A stretch of DNA of 64,000 nucleotides from Basidiobolus meristosporus CBS 931.73 (GCA_002104905.1 MCFE01000411.1:15758-79757), one strand, 5' to 3'; shown: positions 37,607 to 52,300, counted from the first letter of the stretch. Program-made: numbers and translations. Notes: generated by a model from the sequence alone, not told the origin.

Positions 37607-40600
37607 ATGCTTCCCTGTCTCTGGCCTGGGTGGACTTTTTCCCCTTTACCTTTTCCTTCATCACTGCCAGGTCTTTCACAGCTACTTTTTTGGAGTGTCT
37701 CTTTTATTGAACTACACTTTCTCCTACATAAAAGTTGCATTGATGCATCTGTTGTGGCCTGCTTGTCCCTTGCTGGAGCTCTGCAGGCAACCTGTTGCTT
37801 CTTTCTTGCTTGTTTCATACTCTAAGCCCATACTGTCAAGGGCTCCTGAGGTAGCTGCTTGATTTTATTACTGCCAGGTCCTTCACTGCTACTGTTTCAA
37901 AGCACTTCTTGAGTAGAACTACTCTTATTCTGGGTAAATGTTGTGCTGGTGCATCTGTGTCTGCCTGCTTTTCCCTTATGGCACTCTTCTAGCTACTGGA
38001 TTCCTCTATGACACTTTTTGGAGCTTTTGGCCCTGCTTGTGTAGGCTCTTGAGGAAGCTGCTGGTTTTTAGCCATTGCACCCTTGTTCTTGTGCCTTTGA
38101 TAGTTTCTGCTACTCTTGAGCTACTTTTTAGCATACCAATGCTGGCCCAAGATCTGTTTGCTTGTTTGAATAAAGGATAATGCTCATGGAGCAAGTCAAG
38201 TACATTCTGCTTGGCCTTGAGTCTCTGATGGTCTTGCAGTGTGCTGGGCTTAAAGTGATGGCATGCCAGACTTCCAAAGGCCTCTTGAATATAAGCTAAG
38301 GCTCTGGTACTGGTACAAACACTATATTCTCTCCCTCCCATGCTGCAATAGGTTTTTCTGTGGGCTTCATCTTTGAGCACTGTTGTTGTGCTTTAAAACT
38401 GTATGGTGCTCCTCTACTGTTACATTGGGAAATGGCTCAATTCTTGGGTGCAACTTTGAGCTACTAGAGTTCCTTCTTTGCAGCCAAGATACTGCTTTTT
38501 CAACCTGGGATATTGATTGTGTTACACCTTTTATCCACTCATCCTGTTTCTTAACTATTTCCTGATTGCTCTGGGCCATTGCATCTATTCTATCAGCCAC
38601 TGCACCTAGTTGTTTCATTAATGCCTTGGTACAAACTGACAGCATACTTGCTAATATAGGTGGTGGTGATGTCATGACGGTCACTTGCTGGTCTTCAACT
38701 GAAAGTACCGCTTTTGCCACATTCTCATCTGCCTCAGCAATATGGTCAGCTTGCAGCTCCACAGAGATTCCCAATTTCCTACTTGACTGAGAGCCTGAGG
38801 AGTCAACATTATTCCTTTCAATGAGCACATTGTCCACAGGGCCTTTTTTGGTTGTAGCCCTGCCTGTTGCACTGAATCTTAAAGCAAGCTGTTGTCCAAC
38901 CATTCTTGTGCTGCTGTCAGCAGCTGGGTTTAGCTGAGAACCAGATAACTTGAATTATATTTTAGCGGCCTGAATATGGAAGTGAGTCAAACCCAAAGGG
39001 AAATAGTGCTATGTACATGTGTGTATGTGGTGCCACAACTCTATTTACAGTGACTACTATGGCAGGGCATCATTAAATTTTACATTCATGTAGGTGCAAT
39101 GTCTCAAATACAAGACTGTCTTAAATTCCCATGAGTATTGACATGAAGGTGATATGATAGCATTACATTGTTAAGTGTCAAGCAGTTTGCCCCATGGACA
39201 ATGCTACTTTGACTCTATGCTGTAAGAGAAGAGAAAAAAGAACATGTGGCAATTGTAGCAAGCCTCCCAGCCATGGCACTCACAGACAGCATTGGAGGTA
39301 TTGCAAGGATCACAGCCATTGTTTTGCCACATAAGTCATATGCGACCATTCACCAATCACTACTGTACAAACAACATTGTGCTGGCCACATGATACTTCT
39401 ATAATGGCATCTGACTATACTTGTAACCTTGCACAAACTGAGTTAGCAGAATTTATGATGCCTTTAGGCTGACCTCAGCTATCTGAATATGGCAAGCAGA
39501 GAGATAGCTTTGAAGAAGTAGGCACACTGATTGATTGTGAGCCTATCTTCCCTCAAAACAGTACCCTGCATGAGCCTGGCAAAATCCCTTTAATGCAATG
39601 AGAAAACACCCATGGAAAAAATGCCAAGGATACTTTATGAAGTGAAGTGAGTACAGTGATAGATCTGCTGGTGAAAGATGTAATGTTGTGGCTGGAGAAG
39701 TGGGAAATTTCCACTAATATCTGTAATGGGGGCTTTGAGAATCTACTACCACTTACTGCCAAAATCATCCCAGGATGCAAATTACCATGCACATGGTTTA
39801 ATGGAAGAACATCATGCAGCTGGCAACATATGACCCTGAGATCATCCTAATACCAGCATGTATTAACAGTTACATGGAGTTCACATCTGAAAATGCTACC
39901 ATAGTAAGGTGTCCAACTTGTCAGGAATCCACCACTATTGGGGGAAAGCATTGTTCACACTCCAGGTATATTCCAGCAATACTTTATGTAAAGGAGCTCA
40001 TGCAGTCCCACAAATATTTTGAAGCTATAAAGTACCACACTCAATATTAATCAGGAGCAAGCATATCAGATATATGAGATGGCAAACATTACATACAGCC
40101 AAGAAGCATGGGATACTTTGAAGGCTTGTTTGACCATGCCTTTGCCTAGGCACTTGATGGATTCCCATTAAACAAGTTCCCTCCCAGCAAATTCTGCTGG
40201 CCACTGATTCTCATCAACTTGAATCTGCTGCCTATCTTGCAGTATCAGTATAGAAATCTGATGGTAGTCTTACTGGTATCTGAGCCTAAGTCAACAACCA
40301 ACCTAGATTGCTATCTGTATCCATTCCTTGATGAACCTTGCATGCTTTCCAGTGGGATAACAGTAAATGGCCATCATGTAAAAGCATATATTATTTTCTG
40401 CATTGGAGATACCCCAGCCATCAGCAAGATAGCCAGCTTTTCTGTGCATAATATGTGGTATTGCTGTCAAATGTGTGAGACCCAAGTGACTTAATCCATA
40501 ACGCACACAATATCATTACCCAAACACCAACATCAAGAGCTTCAAATTTCCACAGAGAGAATGTGCAGAAGTCAGCATGCAATTGCAGCAAAGTTGGCAA

Positions 40601-41285
40601 GCTATATGCCGTTGGCTGGAATCTTGAACTAAATAGAAACTGGATATACTTAAGACAGTTAGTATCTGTTAGAGCAAAAGCTTCCTACTGAGAGCAATGC
40701 ATTTGCTTTTCATCAGTATCCCTATACTGATGACTAAGTTGTACATGGGACATTTCAAGCTAAATGGGCCCTTTGAGATACTGGAGAAATTTGAAAGAAG
40801 TGGCAGGATATTACCAAGTATCAGCTACCCTAAGTACTTCTCATGGGCTCCAATCAACATCCATACGCATATGCAACAATAGAAGTGCAATGACTGGATG
40901 AACTGGATATGTATATATTTAAGTGGCCTTCTGAAGCAATTTCTACCAAGAGTACATTGAAAGCATTGGGATTCATATGTGGATATTGTAGGAATATTTT
41001 TCCAGAAGCAGATCACCAGTGGCAGCTTCACACATCTACACTTTTGAGCCAAGAGTTTGTGACAGGACTAGAGCAGCTGTACAACAAACATAAAGCTGAG
41101 CACGTAGGTCTCTGCTGCTACTGTATTTATTTGCTACTCCATTGTGCTTTGTGTGATGAGAATATTGGACCTTACTTCACCTTGTGGAGTTTTCTATGGA
41201 GCAGATGTGTAGGGAGATAGGAAGGCAAGTCAGGTTGCAGGTACTACCATATCCTAATCTCATCAAGAATATTACCTTTGAGCAA
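37607..41285 (+). mobile_element. CACTA internal segment: accessory ORF (minus, ~37607-38960) and transposase pseudogene (plus, ~39200-41285)
   Basis: ORFs 39814-40050 (PACINS..CPTC), 40219-40494 (NLLP..EPKS..LYPFLDE..IGDTPA..YCC..C) and 40909-41220 (LLLHCA..NIGP...W.F, a DUF4218-like pattern). Confidence 0.85.
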
Positions 41286-41649
41286 GGCTAATATTTTGCC
41301 ATGGCACAGATCAAATATAGGTTCAGAACCTGTCAAGATTTGTGTGATTTAATTGGCTGGCTCAAAAGCTACATGCAATTCAAGTCACCATAGTAATCCT
41401 AGCAATAGAGACTTGGTATCTATATGGTTTATGTACATTTTTGATCATAAGTCCTGAAGCACTGCTTCAAATGAGCTGCAACTTGAAACTTGTATTGGCT
41501 ACTGAGCGTTCTGCATGACATAATATTCTTGAGCAGATTACTTTCAGGGTCTTGAGCCTTTGTCCCTCAAAGTTGAAAGTTCTTGATCTTTCCATTGTGT
41601 ATGATGATAGCAAAATGTAAAATAAAGAGATAAGCGCAATATTAGGTTT

Positions 41650-43585
41650 TGAGATGTTGTAGTCACGGAATACTTTTCATTACCACAGAGCACCATACAG
41701 TCTTTGAAGCACAACAACAGTGCCCAATGATAAAGTTCACAGAAAAAACTATCACAGCATGAGAGGGAAAGACTGTGATGTTTATACCCAAGCCTAAAAT
41801 TTCAAAGACAATGAAGATCTGTGAAGCCATTGAGTGCAGTGATGAACAGGGGGCTAATATATAAGAGGCTGTTAGAAGTCTAGCACAGCATCATCTTAAG
41901 GCATACCATGGGACCACCAGGAACTCAATTCCAGGCAGAATACACTTGAGCTTTTCCATAAGCATTATCCTAGATTCAAGCAAGCAAACAGATCTGGGGC
42001 CAGGATGGAGTGCTCAGAGAGTATCTCAAGAATAGCAGAAACTATGAAAGGTAGAAAAACAAGGGTGCTGTGGCTAAAAAGCAGCAGCTTCCTCAATAGC
42101 TTATCACAAGAAGGGCTGTAAGCTGCAAACAAGCAGCAAAGAAACACCAGGTAGCCAGAAGAGTGCCAGTATGGGACAGGCATGCAGAAGCAGATGTATA
42201 GGACATCATTATTGAGGACAGAACATAGTTCATTACAAGAAGAGCTCAGTTACAGTACCAGTGAAAAATATGACACTGATAATAACCCCCAACTTTCTTG
42301 GGAGCCCTTCAAAAGCAGGGCTGGGAGTTCCAAACAAGCAGCAAACAAATATCAGGTTGTCAGGTGAGTGCTGGCAAGGAACAAGCAAGCAATAACATAT
42401 GCATCAGTGCAGTATTCATCAAGGAGTAAACAAAGTACAACATAAGAAGCACTTGGTCACTGTAGCAGTGAAGGACCTGAAGTGATACAACCCATGGGTT
42501 TTTCAAAAGCCTGTGACAAGCAAGGCTGATAGTTTCAAGCCAGCAACTAAGAGACATCCAGTTTACAGGGGAGTGCTGGCAAGAGACAAAAATGGGTGCA
42601 TCAGTGCATCAGTCAACAAGGAGAAAACAAATATAATACATGAAGCACTCAGTCAAAGTAGTGGTGAAAGACCTGGCAGTGATTAAGGTAGCGGTAAAGA
42701 GAAGAAGGTCTACCAAGGCCAGAGACAGGGAAGTGTCAGAAAAATACTGCAGTTCTCACCAATTAATGCCATCAATCCAGAACAGACTGAATCCCATCAT
42801 AGCCAAGAAGAATTACCAGCAAGAAAACAGCTGCTTTCTCAATGGTTGGAAGTGCAGCCAGTTGAGCAACACTCCAGTGAGGTGGATGAGTTTGGAGAGA
42901 AAAGAATTTTGTCTACCACTTCCTGCATATCTTCCATTGTTGACAGAGTAGGGATCCAAATGACAGACAAGCAACAATATCAAGAACTCAAAAGACTATC
43001 ACAATGCCTACAGTAGAATTTTAGAACATCAATAAGCACACCAAGAGGTTGCAGCACTTCTTCAAGAGTAGAGCTCACAAAAACACACATAACTATTGCA
43101 GGGATTTATTGCCAAGACTGGCAGATAAGGTGCTAGGCCTTGCTGTACTTGCTTGTTGAGTGTGGAGTTTGGCTTAATGTTGGTGTTCAGTATAGGGACT
43201 TGCATGGGTCAATTCAATTGGCAGTCGAGGTACAACTGAAGTTTCAACGGAAATAAACAATTTGTATGCATGAGAAGTAAGAGAAACAATTGAGTCAGGA
43301 AGTAAGGAGTGTTAAAAAGAGGCAATAGCCAATCAATTCATACAAATGTAGGAGGTAATAGAGTGTCCGGGATCTGAAAGTGGGCAAATAGCAGGGAACC
43401 AATCAAAAGCCACATATACATTGTTGTGATGAAAAATATTGCCAAGTTTTTTGTGAAATCTGAGGTGCAATTATTTTTCATTGGTCTCTAGACAGTGTCC
43501 TGACAGGATCAGTACCTCTTAGTCATGGGACTTTAACTTTTTGATGGCCTTTTGATGGAATCATCACAATAATTTTTCATACCAA
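41650..43585 (-). mobile_element. Reverse-oriented CACTA left half (accessory ORF 3' part and left end)
   Basis: Reverse-complement similarity to 19100-20000 and 8380-9295. Homology stops at the tatgaaaaattatt terminus motif. Confidence 0.72.
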
Positions 43586-43589
43586 GTCC

Positions 43590-44955
43590 AATCTCAAGTC
43601 CACCAATAGTCAGAGGTGAATCAGATAGAGCAACAAGATTTACTCACTCCATAGGGCTCTATAACCATTGTTCAACCTAAATCAGTAACCAGGAGTATCC
43701 CAAAAGTGATCAATTGTGTAGTACAAGTAAGGAGATCTAACTAGAGCAGAAATAGCCTAAATTACTCTGTCAATGATGTTACAAACTTAGTCTATACTTA
43801 TTCTGTCCATATTAACTAAGCCCTGACTGTAAACAGGGCCTTAAATAGCCTTCAGATAGGGTCTTGCTAATCTACAATGACTGAGAAGTACTAGGCCCTG
43901 ATGGAAAATCAGAGATGGGACTTAGTCAAATTACCAATCAACCAAAAGTCAAGTGTATGCAGATTGATCCTCAGCACAAAATACAAGACTGGTAGTATAG
44001 TTGATAGAAACAAAGTAAGACTTGTGGCCAGCAAGTACTCTCAACAAATGGACTTGACTATATTGAGACATTTACACTGATAGCCAAATTTAATTCTATC
44101 TGATTAAATTGCCTATTGCAGCTAAATACAAGTTTTTCATTCATCCAATGAATGTTAAAGCAGCATATTGGAATAGAGGACTTGATGAGGACATGCATAT
44201 GGACCAGCCTGCTGTGTTTGCTAACCAAGATGATCCCTATTTGGTCTTTAAGCTTAAAAAGTCACTATAAGGTCTCAAACAGTCACTCAGCACCTGGAAT
44301 TGCTAATCTTCATTGTATTTTGAATTGCTGAGTCTCCAAAGAGGTACTGCTACTATAGTTGCTACTATGAGCCAGATAGAGACAACTCAGCTCTACTGGC
44401 TCTACATGAAGATGGTTTTATAGTTGCCAATAACCAGGTAACCTTGGAACAGATTAAATCCAGTCTATCCAAGGAGCTCAATATGTCCAATCTTGGAGAT
44501 GTTGGTTACTACTTTGGGACACATTTTGCCATAGACAGAAGTGTGCAGACTATCACCCTGAGCCAGTCCAAGTATTATCAAGATACACCAAAAAATTACT
44601 AAATGGAATACTATAAACTGGCAACCACCAAAATGAAGCCCAACCTTGAATTGGTAAAACTCAACCAAATCAAGTGAGCTTGTTGATATTTCAATGTACT
44701 GATTATCATCTTCAATCTATGGTCAGCAGTCTGATGTATAACATGCTTGGAACATGTCCCGACATCTCATATTCAGTGGGAGTTGTCAGCTAGAATAATC
44801 AGAACTGTGGACCTGATCATATTGCTGCAGTTAAGTAGATTTTAGACACCTGCAAAGAGCTGCAGATATCTGCTTAAGGTACTCAAGTAATGCTCCAGAG
44901 CAGGAACTTGTGGTTATGCTGATGCTGATTGGGATAAGCTTAGACCACAGAAGTT
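43590..44955 (+). mobile_element. Heavily decayed copia IN-CTD/RT/RH fragment
   Basis: Collinear with 23740-25090 (tgggacttagtcaaattaccaatc, gatgaggacatgcatatggaccagcc, gatgctgattggg). Confidence 0.8.
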
Positions 44956-45159
44956 TTGAAATATTGGACTATTTGGTATAATTCAGCAGCTAAAAATTTA
45001 CTTCCCAATTCTGGACTAGTCTTGGTCACTGTAGGACTAGCCTACAGCCCTAACTTTGCCACTTTCTTCAGATCTACAATCCATGATTATACCGCTATAG
45101 TCAAGATTGAATTGAAACTGTTATCACTATTTCTTGAAAAGTTCCTTACAACCAAATCA

Positions 45160-47045
45160 CTTCCAAAGTCAAAACAACTGTAAACTCTACCAGCAGGGAC
45201 TTAATAAGAGTGCAGTTGTGGTCAATAGTTACAAGGACAGAAAAGTATCTTTGCCTGTACAAGAACAAACTTGGGAAAGAATCAAATATAATAAAAGATA
45301 CCTACTCTGAGTATTCCTCACAAGTAGTGCCTTCAAGGTCAGTTGGCTGTCAGCATGGTTTCCTGGGAGTGTCCTGCGGTCTGGGGTTGGAAGTTCAGGT
45401 AGCAGCAGGTAGCAGTGATCACACCAATCAACAAGTTGGTATATTGATAAAAGGGATGATGATTTATTGTTGAGGGATAGCCTCCCTGATATACTTCTCT
45501 TGCTGGCTAAGTGATTACTAATCATGGTGTTCCAGAAGGTTCCAGATAACAATTGAAATCTAAATGACATCAGAATGACCTAAAAATGTTCTAAGTAGGT
45601 GCTGGTGTGGTGGTGTATAAGTCCAAGGGAGAGATACATCCAACACTTCTCAAGTGTTTTGTGTGTGGGGTGTTCACTGGGTGCAATAACCTCTGGCAAA
45701 AGCTTGCTAGGAATACTTGGGTTCTGTCTCTAATCAAATGTGAGGGGGAATAAAGCCACAAGCTTGTCAAGGGAAAACTATTGAGCTACAATCCCCAACT
45801 TAGTTGGCGTCTTAACAAAAGTATGTGCTGGGTTCAGCGTCCTTTGAGATGACAATGTACTAAAGCTTCCAAAGTCAAAACAACTGTAAACTCCACCAGC
45901 AGGGACTTGATAAGAATGCAGCTGTGGTCAATAGTTACAAAGACAGAAAAGTATCTTTGCCTGTACAAGAACAAACTTGGGAAAGAATCAAATATAATAA
46001 AAGATACCTACTCTGAGTATTCCTCACAGGTAGTGCCTCCAAGGTCAGTTGGCTATCAGCATGGTTTCCTGGGAGTGTCCTGTGGTCTGGGGTTGGAAGT
46101 TCAGGTAGCAGCAGGTAGCAGTGATCACACTAATCAACAAGTTGGTATATTGATAAAAGGGATGATGATTTATTGTTGAGGGATAGCCTCCCTTATATAC
46201 TTTTCTCACTGGCTAAGTGATTACTAATCATGGTGTTCCAGAAGGTTCCGGATATCAATAGAAATCTTAATGACATCAGAATGACCTAAGAATGTTCTAA
46301 GTAGGTGCCGGAAGGTTCTAAGAGGCACAGCACATCCAACCAATCAGTAATCAGTATTCTGAAACCTGTGTAACATGGGGATACCATATATGGTATGGAA
46401 ATGGTAGGGATGGTGACATGGGTTGATCATGTGTCACAGGTACTGGCGCGGGTACTTGCCTAATATAGAAGTAGTTATAGCTAGTAATCTTACATAAGGT
46501 GAGGGGCAACTTATGCAATAAGGTAAGCAGGTGTGATAGTCAACCGGCTTATGGGATAGTACTGATTGGGTAAGACAAATGGGATAAAACTAAAATAAGT
46601 TTAGTAGAGATATAGGGAAGTAGAAAATAAGGGAATGAGCACATCTGTCAGTGGGTGTCCCTGTCACCCCAGTACACCGGAAGGTTCTAAGAGGCACAGC
46701 ACATCTAACCAATCAGGAATCAGTACTCTGAAACCTGTGTAACATAGGGATACCAAATATGCTACAGAAATGGTAGGGATGGTGGCATAGGCTGATCATA
46801 TGTCACGGGTACTGGAATGGGTACCTGCCTAATATAAAAGCACCTACAGCTAGTAATTTTACATCAAGTGAGGGATAACTTATTCAATAAGGTAGGCAGG
46901 TGTGATAGTCAACTGGCTTATGGGATAGTACTGATCAGGTAAGACAAATGGGATAAAACTAAAATAAGTGTGGTAGAGATATAGGGAAGCTGAAAATATG
47001 GGATTGAGCACATCTGTTAGTGGGTGTCACCGTCACCCTGCTACA
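45160..47045. repeat. Outer, truncated copy of the 1.07-kb LTR family, split by an identical-family LTR
   Basis: 45160-45605 plus 46677-47045 reconstitute one LTR ending ccctgctaca. Confidence 0.85.
45606..46676. repeat. Solo LTR, 1071 bp, inserted into an LTR of its own family
   Basis: TG...CA; flanks ctgg (45602-45605) and ccgg (46677-46680); near-identical reverse complement of 54745-55815. Confidence 0.92.
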
Positions 47046-47719
47046 ATGGTCAGCTTGTGGCTCCACAGAGGTTCTCAATTTCCTACTTGACTGAGAGCCT
47101 AAAGAGTCCGCATTATTACCCTCAATGAGCACACTGTCCACAAGGCATTTTTTGGATGTAGCCCTGCTTGTTGCACTGAATGTCATAGCAAGCTGTTGTC
47201 TGACCGTTCTTCTGTTGCCACAAGTAGTGAGGTTTGGTTGAGGGCCGCACAACTTTGCTTTATTTTTTGGTGACATATATATGGAAGTGAGTCAAATCAA
47301 ATGGGAAAAAGTGTTACATATATGTTTGTATGTGGTGCCACAACTTTAATTATAATGCTTAATATGGCAGGTCATCATTAAATCTTACATTCATGTGGGT
47401 GCAATGTTGCAAATACAAGACTGTCTTAAGTTCACCTGAGTATTGACCAAAAAGTGATATATTAGCGTTAAGTTGTGGAAGGTCAAACTGTTTGCCCCAT
47501 GGACAAGACTACTGTGACTCAACTCCATAAGAGAAGAGAAAAAAGACCATGTGGCTATTGTGGCAAGTCTCTCAAACATGAAGCATGCAGACAGCAAAGG
47601 AGGTATTACAAGGACCATGGCTAGTGTTTTGCCACTCAAGTCATATTTGACCATTCATTGGTCACTACTGTACCAACATTATCTTGCAGGCCAGTTGATA
47701 CTTCTATGTTGGGACCTGG

Positions 47720-48264
47720 TGTCATGATCACAAGACATCCCTGGTCTCCAATTATCTAGCCATATCAAGTCAGTGAAGAAATCCCAGTTCTGTCTAGAAA
47801 GTTCTACTACATTCTAGCAACTTCTTGAAAGCTCCAAGTCAATATTACATAATGGAACATTCTATGGAAGCTTACCATCAGAGCGTATGCAGTACCATGC
47901 CATATATGGTAACTAAATGTCACATGACCTAGTCACACGATCAGCTGACCCCTGACATATCTCCATGTAATATTCCAGTCTGTTCTTTAGTATATTCTAT
48001 CTTGGCACACTTACTGTGCCTCCCCCAGAACCACATCAGTAATAGCTAATATCTCTTGGCATCCATATTGCCAAAAAGTATATATAGTCCTCTTCCCCCT
48101 TATGTATTCCTTGGTCTGATAAACACAGGTCTTGAATAAACAGCCTTGCCTTGGAAATCCGCCTTGCCTTGGAAACATATCTTGTCTTGTTGATCCACAC
48201 CCAAATCCTTTCCTGGTCCTGCCTTGCCTAGCTCTACTCTCCTGCCTTGTGTCTATTCATAATA
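47720..48264. repeat. Solo LTR of a further family (545 bp)
   Basis: tgtcatg...cataata; 5-bp TSD CCTGG (47715-47719, 48265-48269); partial reverse copy at 57769-58121. Confidence 0.85.
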
Positions 48265-49385
48265 CCTGGCCATCTTTGTCACCTAGCACAAACTGAGTCA
48301 GGTGAGTTTGTGACGCCTTTAGGCTCACCTCAGCCTTCTGAATATGACACACAGAGTGATAGCTCTGACAAAGAAGGTTCACTGATGGATTTTGAGACTA
48401 TCTCCCCTAACAACCATATCATGTACAAGCCTGGTCAATGAGACAACACCTGCTGGGACAAATGCCTAGGATACTTTATGGAGCCAAGTGAGCCTAGTAA
48501 TCCATCTACCAGTGAACAATGTAATACAGTGACTAGAGAAGTGGTGCATTTCCACTAATATCAGTAATGGGGACTTTCAGAATTTATTACTACTTCTTGC
48601 CAAAATCATACTGGGATACAACTTATCATGTACATGGTAAAAGTGCACCACCGTCATGCAGCTGGCAACATAAGATCCAGAGACTGTCCTGATTCCAGCA
48701 TGTGTTAACAGTTGCATGGCATTCACATACTAAAATGTTACCATTGCAACATGACCAAGTTGTCAGGAATCCACCACCATTGAGGGAAACATTATTCACA
48801 CTCTGAATATATTTTGGTCATACCTTGTCTGAGGAAGCTGATGCAGTCCAACAAATATTGCAAAGCTATACAGTACCAGACTCAGTATCAATCAAGCACA
48901 AACATATCCAATATATTAATGGCAAACATTACAAACAGCTAAGAAGCAAGGGCTACTTTGAAGGTATCTATGATCATGCCTTTGCTTTAGCACTTGATGG
49001 AATCTCCTGTTACAAGTCTTGGAATAAGAGTTGTAGAGGAATAGGGAGTTTAGCTAGTATTGTATTCACTAAAACTTGAACTGATTTTTATTGAGGTTCC
49101 AGCAGCTCCTTATATACATTTTGCCAGATCAATTGCTGACTAATTGTATTCCCTAATGTAGGTTGTGGCTGATGACTCATTTGATTGCATCATCATCACC
49201 CAATAAGATCCTACTTAATATATCCATTTCTGTCTGATAAGGATCTGCTGATTCATTTGCTGACTAATGCTACTGATTTCATTGATAATACTGATATACT
49301 GATAACCTAAACATATACTAATTGATTTGACTAAAAACTGATCTAACTTAAACATTCAAGCAGCAGATCATAACATTCTCCCCTT

Positions 49386-52300
49386 CTAAAGTTGAGAGGG
49401 TTCTCCTGAATCTCTTTTCTTGTGATACCAATATCTTGATGGTTCAGTATTATCAGCAAGTCTTGCAAGCTTGAGTCTGTCCCTATGCACTAAGTCTTCC
49501 CGGATATTGCCTTGTTTGTCCACCAGTTGGTAAGTTGCAAATGGACATTCTCTGATGATCTTGAATGGTCCTGTCCGTTGTGGCTCAAACTTCTTCCAAG
49601 TATTGTTTCTTAGCAATACAAAGTTCCCAACTGTCAATGCTTCTAGTGCTATAGTCTTATCAAATCTCTGCTTCATCTTTTCTACGCTTTGAGATACTTT
49701 GGTTTGTGCCTCTTGACGTCTTTGTTCCAGTTGTTGGTGTCTACTTGGCTGACTGAGTTCATCTCCTAAGGTGTCTGTAAGCTTTGGTTGTGTGAGATCT
49801 CCTGGAATCCTTGGTTCACATCCATAAACTAAGTAAAATGGTGATTGCTGGGTGGTGTTGTGTACTCTGACTCTGCATGCAAAGAGTGCTTGGTCTATAT
49901 ACTCATCCCATCTACTGACAACTCCAATTGCATACTTGGTCAGCATTTTTCCAAATAATCCATTAAACCGCTCAGTGACTCCCTTAGTTCTGGGGTGATA
50001 TGCCGAGGTTTTCAAGTGTCTGATCTGCTGCAATTCCAGGTAAGCCTCTAATGTCTTTGCCATAAAGTTTGCACCTCCATCAGATAGGATCTCCACAGGG
50101 CATCCAAACTTCATCAGGATCTCATGGTAAATGAAACTTGCAACTTCTTGTTCACTGGCTATTGGTACAGCTTTAGCAACTGGCCATTTAGTGGCAAGGT
50201 CAATAGCTACTAGGATCCAACAGTTGCATTTCCTGGTAGTTGGCAGTCTTCCAATAAAGTCAATTCTCCATCTCTCAAATGGTCTTACAGGCTCCAAAGG
50301 GAAGAGTTTGGCAATTCTTTGTGGCTGGCCTTGATTGATTTGGCAGTTTGGGCATGTTTTCACTAGCTTCTCAATATCTTGTTTCATTCTGGGCCACCAT
50401 GCTCTGGCTTTCACAAGGCTATAGGTTCCTTCAATCCCAAGATGTCCATATCCATTGTGTAGCTTATGTATTAAATCCAGGCAAGCAACATAAGGACAAT
50501 AGGCAATAGGGCTTCCATCAACAATTTGGTAGAGTGTTTCATTCTGTACAACAAATTTGCTGGCTTCATCACGGATTATCTTCTTGATATCTTCATCCAC
50601 CTCATTAGGAATGGCTTGGTCCTCCAAGTACTTTGGTAATCGGCTAGGCCAATCTGATTCATGCACCAAGTTGAGTTGTGCAACTTGATCTAATCTTGAT
50701 AAGGCATCAGCAACCGTGTTGTTTTTTCCAGGACAGTAGACAATCTCCAGGTCAAGTTGCTGAATGTATTCACTCCATCTTGTCATTCTTCTAGAGAGTA
50801 CCTTCTCAGTAAATATATACTTGAGGGAGGCATGATCAGTCTTCACAGTGCATTTGACTCCTTCAATATAGCATCTCCATGTCTTCAAACAGTGTTTTAT
50901 AGCAAGCATCTCCTTCTCATGGACTGGATAGTTTTGTTCTGCTGAGTTCAGTTTCTTGGATTCAAAGGCAACAGGGTAGTCCTTTCCCTCATGTTCTTGG
51001 CTCAGCACTCCACCAATGGCATAATCTGAAGCATCTGTGCATAGAGTGAACTCTTTTCTGAAGTCTGGTATTCTTAAGCTTGGCAACTTAGCAAGTTCAT
51101 TCTTTAGCGTCTGGAAGGCAGTCTCACAAGCTATGTCCCACTTGTAGTTATTGTCTTTCTTGAGGATATCAGTTAAAGGGGCTGCAATACTTGCAAATGA
51201 CTTGACAAATCTCCGATAATAGGAAACCATTCCATGGAAGGATCTGAGTTCTGATATGCTATGGGGCTGCTTCAGATTCTTGATTACTTCCACCTTCTTG
51301 GGGTCTAAGGTTACTCCTGTGCTAGTCACTATGTGTCCCAGATATTCTACATGTTCCTTGAAGAATTCACACTTGGCTAGCTTGCCATAGAGCTTGTTCT
51401 CTCTTAGTTTCTTCAAGACCTTTTCAATGTGTACCATTTGATCCTTTTCTGTCTTGCTGTATATCAATATGTCATCCAGGTAGATTATCACGAACTTGTC
51501 TAAGTACTCCTGAAAGACAGTCTGCATCAGCGTCATGAATGTTGCAGGGGCATTAGTGAGGCCAAAACTCATGACTAAGTACTTGTAATGTCCATATCTG
51601 GTCCTGAATGCTGTCTTAGGGATATCTTCTGGTTTCACCCTAATCTGGTTGTATCCTGACATGAGGTCAATCTTGCTGAAAATAGTGGCTCCATTAAGTT
51701 GGTCCAAAAGCTCATCAACCCGAGGTATGGGGTACTTATTCTTGACAGTAACTGAGTGCAGGGCTCTGTAGTCAATGCACATCCTAAGTGTTCCATCCTT
51801 CTTTTTCACAAAAAGCACTGGTGCTCCCCAGGGTGACTTGCTGGGCCTGATGTATCCTTGCTCCAATAGCTGATCAACTTGTCTCTTCATTTCCTCCAAT
51901 TCCAATGGACTCATTCTGTAAGGTGTCTTGCTCACTGGAGGGCTATCTCCTGTGTCAATGGCATGATCCACGTCTCTGACTGGTGGTAGGCTTACAAGCT
52001 CATCTGGAAACACGTCTGAATATTTCTTCAAGAGAGTCTGGACCTGCTGGGGTGCTGGGGTAGAGGAATCCTCCTGTAATACCGCCATGAGGAACATCTG
52101 GGTACCTTTTCTAAGTGCTCTACAGAACTGGGTCTTGCTAAGTTCACTTGTCTCACACACACTGGAATTGACCAAGTTGAAATCCAGCCTGGCAGGTAAT
52201 AGCTCATAGGTCTTGTTGTCTTTTTGGATCTGAGTAGCATGGGTTCTCCAGTTGATTGATGGATTACGACAAAATAGCCAGGTTTTCCCAAGTACAAGGT

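Noticed and set aside
45907-46179. Repeated ~90-aa ORF MIRMQLWSIVTKTEKY (also 45210 and 55242)
   Set aside because: Lies inside LTR copies; the conservation reflects young repeats, with no evidence of coding.
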